Under the pieces are notes generated by a model. That model worked only from the letters and a program-made list of their open reading frames with translations, had not been told where the DNA came from and did no database searches. A DNA stretch of 33,826 nt from Jimgerdemannia flammicorona. Its lineage: Eukaryota. Positions 24,221 to 33,826 of the stretch are shown in pieces. The stretch is taken from NCBI GenBank assembly GCA_003990765.1, contig RBNJ01000298.1, positions 1 through 33,826 on the forward strand. The letters run 5' to 3'. Position numbers and translations under genes: made by a program. How positions within the stretch are numbered: position 1 is the stretch's first letter; the number at the start of each line of letters is the position of its first letter.

Positions 24221-25192
24221 AAATGATATAATTACACGATATGGATGATGGGGGCGGGGCAAGTATGAGGGCGAGCACATAAATATGCAAATTGGGTGCC
24301 TTTGTACCTACTTATAGACTTCCCGTTGTCCGTAGAGGGCTTTTCTTAGCGCACTTGCTGGTGCAGAGAGGGTGACAAGAATCCACATTCGTTATACGAC
24401 CTTTTCTTGTTTCCGAGCGCGACTTTTTTACTGTCTCTAATTACACCTCCTCCCCTACACCCCCCCTCCCCCCCGCGGGTTGTCTCTTTATCAAAACATG
24501 GGGCATGGTTGAGAGGTTCGGATGACATGCATTAGCTGCGACCCGCACCGGGACGTAAACAGGGTATTATAACTTGTATATTCGGGAACTTAAGGGAGAA
24601 CAGAAGGTATAGTTTGGCTCGTGAAAGTGTTGGCAAGCCACGGTTGGGTGGCTTTTTTCAATGCATACCACCGGATTCGCGTACTTCCGACGGATCTGAT
24701 GTGTCAACAGCTGTCATCATCCCAATTATATTAAGATGGATCAAGTGTTCTCCTGATATCCACGCCGATTATCTCGTTGCAGTATTTATGTCAGTTGCAT
24801 GTGGACAGCTGCAGGGGTCTTTTCTGTATGGCTATTTAGCGAGTAGTTTATTTAGCGAGAAAGTTCGACGACACCTTTCCCGTCCCCCTTTTTTTGGTTT
24901 CTTTTCCTTGTTTGCTATGTGGCAGACCACACCAAGACGGGTCGTATGTGCCTTGGATAATGGCTTCATTCAGCTCTCGAAATTGTCTCATTGAAAAATG
25001 ACTTATTGACGGGCATAAACCAATTAGGGGCTGGCGCTGCAAGTTCCACGTGCAGAGGTCCCATGGCTCAAAAAGGGCCACATGGCCAGGGTGGAACATG
25101 CCGATGGTGGCCAATGACGCCTTTCGGAGAGTATTCAGCCCACTTCGCAAAGTTAATTCACATGTGTAAGCCATATTACCGCATTGGGCTAC

Positions 25193-25212
25193 CCAATTGG
25201 TATATATATATC
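25193..25212 (+). promoter_or_regulatory. Putative core promoter of acyl-CoA oxidase (CCAAT + TATA)
   Basis: CCAATTGG followed by TATATATATA ~60 bp upstream of the ATG, then a pyrimidine-rich leader. Confidence 0.5.
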
Positions 25213-25266
25213 TCCCTACCCACCACAATTTCCTTCCCCTTCACTCATCTCAAATACACACACACC

Positions 25267-27739
25267 ATGACCACCGTACCCTCCGCAAAGTTCCCCAACC
25301 TCCGTCCCGCCGAGCCCCAGGGCTCAGACCTGCTGGCCGCCGAGCGCGCTCGTGCCTCATTCAACCCCTACGATCTGAGCGTGTTCATGTACGGCGAGGA
25401 GTGGATAGGGAGGTTCAATCGCATCCTGGAAATCCTCGAGAACGACCCGGCAATGGATAAGTCAAAGAGATATTACTCGGGCAGGGACGACCGCTTTAGC
25501 CACGCGCTATGGAGCGCGAGGCGGATGGTGGAGTTGCAGAGGTAAGCTTACTACTCGTCTCAACTGCTCGAAATCTCGGAGGTTTTTACTCACGTATCCT
25601 CCTACTTCCTTGCCGTATTCTTCGTACTTATATTCCATACTCTTATAGGGAACACAAATGGAACGCTACCGACATTTCTATTGCTGATTTCCTCCTTGAC
25701 GAGTCCGGTCCGGTATGTAACCACTCCGACTATCATCACATCTTGTCTCTCATGAACTTTGATGCTCACACATTTCAATCACTATCTGGTACATCGCAGT
25801 TCTCCTTGCACAAGAACATGTTCATGCCGACGATTATGAGCCAGGGCACCGACGAGCAGAAGGCCAAGTTTTTGGCGCCCGCGCAGAAGTACCAGATCAT
25901 TGGCTGCTATGCACAGACTGAGGTATGGTAACTCGCTTCTTGACCATTTCAAATAAAGAAAGCACGATCTGACATGCACCCTTTCATGCCACACTCTAGC
26001 TCGGTCACGGCTCCAACGTACAAGGCCTCGAGACTACTGCTACCTATATCCCCGAAACCGACGAATTTGACCTCCACTCCCCGACCCTCACCTCCTCGAA
26101 ATGGTGGATCGGTGGTCTAGGCAAGGCGGCCAACCACGCCATTGTCATGGCGCGCCTCATCTCCAATGGCAAGGACTACGGACCGCACCCCTTTGTTGTC
26201 CAAATCCGCTCTCTGGTCAACCACCGTCCCCTGCGCGGGGTGACCGTCGGCGACATCGGCCCCAAGTTCGGTTTCAATACCGTCGACAACGGTTTCGTCA
26301 TGTTCGACCACCTGCACATCCCGCGCTTCAACATGCTCGCCCGCTTCGCGTCCATCAAGCCCAACACGGGCGAGTACGCCTCCCCGCCCAACGCAAAGCT
26401 CAGCTACAGCACCATGGTTTTCGTGCGTGCCAACATCGTCATGGGTGTTCGTTTCGCCCTTGCCCGTGCCGCGACCGTCGCTATCCGGTACTCCGCCGTC
26501 CGACAGCAGTTCGTTGACGCCGCCAACCCCAAAAAGCATGGCTCCCGCGTCGTCGAAACCCCTGTGCTCGACTATACCATGCAGCAGTACCGAGTGTTTC
26601 CTGTCATGGCACAGGCGTACGCGTGCTACTTCACCGGCAAGGAGATGTTCCGCCTGTACAACGACAACCAGAAGCAGATGGGCGCCGGTGACTTTTCCCT
26701 ACTGGCTGACCTGCACGCCACATCCAGCGGGCTCAAGAGCTTGACCACCACCATGGCTGTCAGTGCCATCGAGGACTGCAGGAGGGCGTGCGGTGGACAC
26801 GGATATAGCTTGTTCTCCGGGTTGGCGAGTTTCTATCAGGATTACTTGCCGAATGCCACAGTATGTATCGAGATTGGTGGTGATGACATTCGATATACCT
26901 TCCTTTCAATTGTGTTCACATTACTTACAATCCCCAATATTTATTTTATATCACCTCAACAGTGGGAGGGCGACAATTACATCCTCACCCAGCAAACGGC
27001 CCGCTATCTCCTCAAGACCTTCCGCAACCTCGTCGCCGGCAAGTCCGTCTTGCAGAACCCGACCGTCTCCTACCTGACGACCTACCTCCAGAACCCGACG
27101 GCGACCTGCCCGGCGACGACGCCCACCGACTTTCTGAACCCGGAGCTACAGCTTTCGGCGTTTGCGCACCGCGCCGCGCACCTCGTAGCCCAGACGGTTG
27201 ACCAGCTGGACCGCCAGGGCCGCACCTGGAACTCGATGCTCGTCGAGGTCAACCGCGTCTCTCGCGCCCACTGCCAGCTCGTCCTCGTTCAGAACTTCCT
27301 TGCCGCCCTCCAGTCCGACTCAGACCTCCGCACCCCGGAGCGTGCGCCCCTCAAGAACGTCCTCACCACTCAGGCCCAACTTTACGCGCTGCACACCATG
27401 GAGACCGAGCTTGCCGAGTTTCTCACCTGCGGCTACCTGTCCCCGGCTCAGACGCAAATGCTCAAGTCCCAGACACTCGACCTGCTCGCCGCCGTGAGGC
27501 CCGATGCCGTTGCGCTGGTCGACGCGTTCGGCCTGCCGGACTATTACTTGAACTCGGCGCTCGGAAGGCAAGACGGTAAGGTGTACGAGGCCATGACGCA
27601 CATGGCTGAGCAAGAGCCGCTCAACCATTCGGATGTCGTGGCAGGGTACGAGGAGTGCATTAGGCCTCTTGTGTGGGCGGGGAAGAAGATTGAGGGGGCG
27701 ACGGTCGAAGTTGTGAAGGAGAGGCAGGCCAAGTTGTAA
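25267..27739 (+). CDS. POX1: Peroxisomal acyl-CoA oxidase (ACOX1/POX1-like), 699 aa; exons 25267-25541, 25649-25712, 25800-25922, 26000-26860, 26963-27739
   Basis: IGCYAQTE/LGHGSNVQGLETTA, KWWIGGLG, GDIGPKFG, CRRACGGHGYS, catalytic T/WEGDN and C-terminal PTS1 AKL. Four GT-AG introns join to a 2100-nt frame. Confidence 0.95.
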
Positions 27740-28059
27740 GAATTTGGTTGGAAACTTCGTTCCTATAACATTTGATTATTTCTAGAGTGTTTTTAGAATC
27801 TACGCACTATGCTCGCCCCAGTTTATTTGTACTTTGTATTTGTATGCGGCCCGAAAAACAGGTTCATCTACATCTTGATCTGTAATTTTCTCCCTTCCCT
27901 TGTACTTTTTGTGTCATGGTCTACCTTCGAACCTCCAAATCAAGAAACCGGAATATGTAGTTCACAGAATTTCATCAAACATGTATACATCCTTTCGCGT
28001 AAGAAATAAACAATGAACTAAACACGGTTCACAAATATTCGGTTTGAGGTATCCAACTC

Positions 28060-28520
28060 ACAACATGGTCTTTACCACCGCTGAAGTCCCGGCTTCCGCT
28101 GCTTGCGTTTTCGTTACACGGCAGGCCGTAGACGAACCAGATGTTGAGTGTTCTCGAAGTCGTAGCCATTCCTTTCGGTGTCCACCCTGCCCAGGCGCAA
28201 GAAGTCATTTGTCGGGTCCGCAAAGAGAACGTTCGACAAAACTCGTTCCTAGAAACAGAGATAGTCGGCACTTGCCAAATCCTTTGACTGGACGAAGGCG
28301 ATGTCCAAGCAAGGGTTCTTGAGTCACAACGAGGCCCAAAACAGTCGATCGTTGCTTATAGCTTGCTCGGGTTGAGTCCCAGGTACTTCTTGGGCGTGTC
28401 TGTATCCAAAAGCTTGGTGGGGGAAGCCCAAAAATCCACGCCGTTGGGCAATATTCAGTAAGTGCCATCCGCGAAGGTCATCGTCGTGGAGCGGGCGTTC
28501 TCTATGAAGGATTCGTCAAA
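28060..28520 (-). pseudogene. Possible decayed coding fragment of unknown family
   Basis: Protein-like reading (NFDESFIENAR...YLGLNPSK / DRLFWASL*LKNPCLDIAFVQSKDL...DFLRLGRVDTERNGYDFEN) with stops and one frameshift. Confidence 0.25.
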
Positions 28521-29626
28521 ATTTAGTTTTGCACAATTAATTGTCTGCAAGAACCCGCTCTTGATTGATCGAGCTTTTGCTGTTTGCCGTCACTACCTCC
28601 CGTCATGCATGTCGATGTAGCATCCACGGATTGCGCACTCAAAGGTTTCGAACCTCTTACACGCAACCGGGATTCGGGAACACCATAAAACCACGTCACA
28701 TAATTACATGGCGTATATATATAATACACATGTATATATTTAAATGAGGTAAGGTACCAGGATTTTATAATGTAATGGTTCGGCAGAGCAGGTGGCATAA
28801 AAACCGGTCGATTATCACATGCCAGTAAATCGAAGTATATACCAATGAATGGTAAAGTACAACAGATATAACCTCTTGTTTTTACGTCTACTCATTGCCT
28901 GTGCTTTCAGCTCGCTCGACGCTAAAATAATAATAATCAGGCAAAGCACGGAAAGCACGCCCCAATTGCCAAGAAGATTAAAGGTCCTCGATGTTTGGGT
29001 AAGGTTGCTTTATTTACAAATTCGGTACAAGTCTACGACAATTTCAACTCATTATTATGCTTGATGGTTGTCGACATTTGTTCTTACCAAATCTGTTATT
29101 CATTTTCGGCTTAGAGCCATAGTATCTTTCCAAGCCATTGAAACCTAGTTTGCCCATAGACGTTCGCCAGTCAGTTATCATTACCAGATCCTCAAAGTCC
29201 CTGTTGGATTCCAACGTATATACTTTTATCTTGTTTGCCAAATTCATCTGCAGAAATTGGCACCGAGTCAGCCTGCTACAAAAGAGTTTCGGCTGCACCC
29301 AATTCATGCCGAGTTTGTCGACTATCTACTGAATAGAGATGATCACCATTACTTCAGTTCAACGACATCGAGTTCGACTACACCATCAACAATTTCTCGG
29401 TTCCAGTCGGTCTACCTTAGCGAACTCATCTTCGACATTAGCAGCTCTTCTATCTCAGACTACAATTTCAAACCTTCCTCCGCATCCAGCCCTGTTAGTC
29501 TTACTTTTTACGGCAATGAACTATTCCCCATCAACACTTTCCTCTCCTCCGCCCTCTCCCGGCATCTGGAATCCATTGAGCAACCGCCTCACGCTTGACG
29601 TGACGCAAACGCTGCCCTGCATCTCA

Positions 29627-29664
29627 GCACGAGCACGCGCACGTGCACGCGCATGCGCTCGTGC
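29627..29664. other. Alternating purine-pyrimidine tract flanked by an 8-bp inverted repeat
   Basis: GCACGAGC...GCTCGTGC, with strict RY alternation over 29633-29658. Confidence 0.7.
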
Positions 29665-31135
29665 CACTCAATAAATCCAAGATCTCTCTGTCCACGATGT
29701 CACCAAAGCGACGATTGACACGCTGGCGTGGTGTTGCCAGCGTCTCGAATACTCGGTACCAGGGCCGTATGCAGCATGTCGCGGCACCAGGGACTCAGGA
29801 CTCAGTGGTGACTACAACGTGTATCAGGCTCGGAATGGTAGAAATCTTGGATGCTCCATTAGAAGGCTTTAGAGAAGGAAAGTTTCACATTGGAGGGGTA
29901 TAATTGGGTTCATGCGTTTAAAGTGTCCATTTAGGCAAGGCACAGGTGGAATGGGTGGAAGGTTCCTATTCGAATGAGAGAGGTGATTAATTCGAATGTT
30001 CAACTTATATAACAATCTTCATGTCTTTAGGAAGACGCTCGAGTACTGGAGGCCTCTGATTTGCCCGCCCCACAATTTTTTAACGGCCAGCAAATCCCTT
30101 ACGAATCGTAAAGTGCGCCGAAACGAATAAGGGTTTCCATCCACCATTCCTACGCACGCGATTCAGCGTCCCGAACCCACATGGGAGGGTGTGCTAGCAT
30201 AGTGGCAAGAGAGAAAAAAAAAAAAAGCCTGCTAGTGTGGACGCGGGGGACCTAACGAGTTTTTTTTGGTTTTTTTCCGGCACCTCACCAGATCGGAGAT
30301 CTCGATCCATTCGACGGGGCGTTCTCAACCATGTCACGTTAGCGTCGGTCAGGGATCGAGTTGAGAAAGGAATTTGGCGTTCCCAAAACATCCGTGGCGT
30401 CATGCCAAGTCTTCGCGGGAACGATCAACGTTTGCGCGCGGGAGACTTGTTTTTTTCTTCCCAAGCACAAAAGCCGGCAAAACCTGCTACCAAAGCAAGT
30501 AGGCCTTGTTGCACGCTTGCGTGAATCTCTTTTCTTGTTCGACGTTCTGGGAAATCTTTTATGAATTGTTCCCCCCCCCCCCCCCCTTTCCGCAGGTGAA
30601 CATTTGGTGCTTACTTCCATTTGGGAACGATGGCGAGGGTTGCTACGAAGCATTACTCGTTTCTGCCTGTACGTGGGTCGAGCATGACTCATGCAATAAG
30701 CACACTTACTTGGATTGTCCGTATTTCCACACAGTTGAATGAACGTTATTCGACCAGCGGAACACAAACTTTCGCCTCATACCGCGACGGTACTTTCTGT
30801 ATGGTCAACCGTGTTGTGACGTGGCGGGGAGATACTTTCTATAGGTCAGCCCGAGGCGTTACACTACTACACAAGGGACGTTACTCGAGTTCAACCAAAG
30901 ATCTGAGGGTATTGGGTAATGTTGGTAAAATTTACTTTGTACCAAAATGACGACTTTTTAAGGAACTATGTATATGCTACATATGTATACGTCCACAAGA
31001 GTGAACCACATCCGTGCGACTGACGCACGTGGATAAAACAAGCAAAGAAACGCGAAATCCCGCGGTACGGACATGAGAGCGAAACACAAGACAGGGATAC
31101 AGACTGATCACACTATTTACGTTGAAAAAACGACC

Positions 31136-31247
<112 letters not shown>

Positions 31248-31581
31248 AGAAATTCGAATAAATAAATAAAAGAATATAGCGAACAATGGAAATACCACAC
31301 CAAACGAGATGGGAATAAGCGAACTATGTGTATCCAAGGGCGGAATGGCATAACTAGGTATGATCTAGGATCAAAAAAAAAAAAAAAAAAAAAAAAAGGA
31401 ACGATGACGAGGACACCGTGTGAAGCGGCCGCTCTATGACGTGAAGCATGGGCGTATGGTTACCAGAACAGGGATTAAACGGAAACCACAATCAAATAGT
31501 CTTGGGTTTGTTTGTACGTCGCAAAGAAACCCAAAAAGGAAAACCACCTCATTTTCCAAAAGTCGCCTCCACATCCACTCC

Positions 31582-33774
31582 TCACGCCGTGGCCAGACTC
31601 TGCAACAACGAAACGGCGTTCGGCGCCGTATGATGGCTCGCGGCCGTCAATGTGTTCGACCCGGCCCTCGCCCTGTTTCCGCTCTGGCTCACCGTCCCGA
31701 CCTCCCTACCCACATTCATTACGCCCGCGACCCTTCCATGGACCAACGCGCCCGTACTCCTGCTTCTCGACACGGCCGGGCGCGGCTGCTGCGTCCTACT
31801 CGCACTCCCAGGCTGACTGGTAGTCACCGAGAACGGCCACTTGCTGGCCGGCCTGTAGATCTCAAAAAAATCGGACATGGACCGCTCGGGCACCGACACC
31901 TCCGGGTCCCGCTTCCGACGATGCGTTGACGGCTGCGGAGATAGGGTTGTCTGGGGTGGGAGCCTGCGGACAATTTCCTCGGTCGACGGGCGCGATCGGC
32001 GCGACGAGCCGGCAGGGTCATCGCCCTCGGCGGAAGCGAGGGAGGCGGCAATCCCCGACACCATGGGGTCCGTTTCTTCGGAATCGCTGGTGGTGTGGTT
32101 CAGCAATTGGACCAACTGACGAGTGTGTTCCGCGTGCTCTGACGTCGAGGCGTTGTCCAAACGCATGCGATCCAGCTCCTCGGACACGATAAACTCCTGG
32201 GACGCGGTATCCATTTGCGGCAGTGTCGGGGCCGAGGAGGAGACCTCATCTTCCTCCTCGCTCCAGCCGATGCCGTTCTCGTCGTCGTCCTCGCCGTCGA
32301 CGGTGTAGTCGGGTAGGCGCTCGCCGTCGCGCACGACTGAGCTGTAGCTTGGCAGACCCTCCGGATCGACGCCGCCGGCCGCTACAACCTCCTCCTTGCG
32401 TATGCGGCGCGTGACATTCAGGGGCAGACCAAGGCAGAGCGGAGGATTCTTGTATGGGTCGGAGAAGTCGACGCGCAGACGGACGTAGTGTGAGACGAGC
32501 AGGAAGGGCGAGTCAAGGGTGTGGGTAAGGGGGCCGGTGTGGGTAAGGGGGCCGGTGCGGGCGGTAAATTTTGTTGAGGTTGGGGTTGTGGGAGATGAGG
32601 GGGGGGGAAGGAAGGGGAAGGAGAACTGGATGGGGCAAGACCACGGCGGGTGAAGGTAGGTAGAGGGATGGGTCTGAGGGGTGACGAGGTGGCGCTTGGG
32701 GGGGTTGTTGGTGGGGAAGAGGAAGGTGGCGAGGTCGTTGGTGGAGGACTGGTCGGGGGTATCGGTGGGGCAGAGTCTGGATGTAAATGGTCATCAGCGA
32801 TGAGTTGGATTGTGTAGGAAATATCCTTCTCCTATACCCCTCCCCCCAAATAATACTAATACTACTATTACTAATAATAATAATAATCCGGCATTCTTCA
32901 AATATGTTATTTTTCATGCATTGTTCCAAAGTATGAATTAACGTAAAATAAAAATAAATCGATAAATTTACCTGTACAGCTCTTCTTGTATGACATCCAC
33001 CAATATCCGCTCAATCTTGGGCTCCTCCTCGCCTTCCTCCTCACCATCCTCATTGAGCCTTCCTCTCCTTTTAGTTTTGAAAAATGCGCCCACAAATTCG
33101 ACCCCTCTCTCGTCGTCTAGACACACAAACTTGGGCACTCGGAAATCCCACCTGATGCCCATGCTCTCTCTCCTCCCCGTCATCCTAACTCTGGGGACAA
33201 CGTATCCGCTCAGGTACCCGCAAGACACGTCCTTTGGCATGAGCGTCTTTACGATGTCAATCTTGCGTTCCACCCTTACGGGCTTCCCAAATTTCCCCTG
33301 TGGAGTCATCTTGGCGACAATCGCATAGCCGATCTCCAGGAACTCGGACAGGTACGAGTGTGGCAGGTGGCCGGGAATGGACATTTCGAATCCCAGATCA
33401 GTGACCCCAGCAGGTAGAGTCGCGTCTTCGAGCAGAATCTGTTTGGACTTGCGCAGGATTTTCCAAGCCTCCATGCGCTCGTTCATGAGGCCCAGACTGG
33501 CGCCTAAAGCAGCGGCGCTACCTGGGGGTGCACTGAAATTGCGCGAGCGCTCGCGCCAAGACAGATGGGTGAACCCCCTGAACTTGATCTGAACCTGGCG
33601 CAGCTTGATGGGTTTGGAGGTGACAATGCGCAGCTTGCCCCGCAGCTTGTGGCGTTTAGGGTGTGTGGTGTGGGTGTGTCGAGAGGAGGAAGAGGAGGAG
33701 GAAGCGGGCCGAGGGCCGAAGAAGTGAAGGGTTGTTGTAGGAAGGAGCAGGTCAATAGCAATGAGGTCCTTCAT
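31582..33774 (-). CDS. Alpha-arrestin (ART-like) domain protein, ~665 aa; exons 33774-32972 and 32776-31582
   Basis: Arrestin-N pattern (LRGKLRIVTSKPIKLRQVQIKFRG, LPAGVTDLGFEMSIPGHLPHS, IGYAIVA) and C-domain SPFLLVSHYVRLRVDF. PY motifs LPSY and LPDY. Intron GTAAAT...CCAG (32971-32777) keeps the frame. Confidence 0.85.
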
Positions 33775-33826
33775 TGCTAGAAATGCCACGTTGGACTAGT
33801 GTGTAAGTATGAGAGTGGAGGGGGGG

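Noticed and set aside
24991..25266. N-terminal extension of acyl-CoA oxidase in the ORF track
   Set aside because: It has a TTG start and runs through the CCAAT/TATA promoter. ATG 25267 has good context and gives a family-typical length.
26101..27732. Multiple overlapping ORFs within the oxidase gene
   Set aside because: Shadow frames of GC3-rich coding sequence.
32513..32929. 138-aa Pro/His-rich ORF
   Set aside because: It starts in the arrestin intron and is an alternative frame of exon 2.

Overview
Eukaryotic, almost certainly fungal DNA (short GT-AG introns, peroxisomal acyl-CoA oxidase, alpha-arrestin, chromovirus). A Mucoromycota-type host is my unverified inference. The window has two compartments. 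(1) 1 to ~23.9 kb is a nested, CpG-depleted transposon graveyard. In order it holds: the 3' part of a Ty3/gypsy element with two extra ORFs after pol; a Tc1/IS630-like transposase remnant; a near full-length L1/Tx1-type LINE (- strand, poly(A) tail, both ORFs with no net frameshift but many stops); a second, 3'-truncated copy of that LINE's 5' end; an intron-containing hAT transposase; tandem repeats; a - strand Ty3/gypsy; and a + strand chromovirus with an extra ORF, PPT and 3' LTR. (2) ~24 to 33.8 kb has normal CpG and two convergent host genes: a 5-exon acyl-CoA oxidase ending in PTS1 (AKL) and a 2-exon alpha-arrestin with PY motifs. The two best leads are (a) two different gypsy elements carrying apparently homologous, non-env accessory ORFs between pol and the 3' LTR, and (b) C-to-T hypermutation at CpG and also non-CpG (CpA) sites that fades out near 23.9 kb, resembling RIP. 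All translations and alignments were done by eye and no searches were run.
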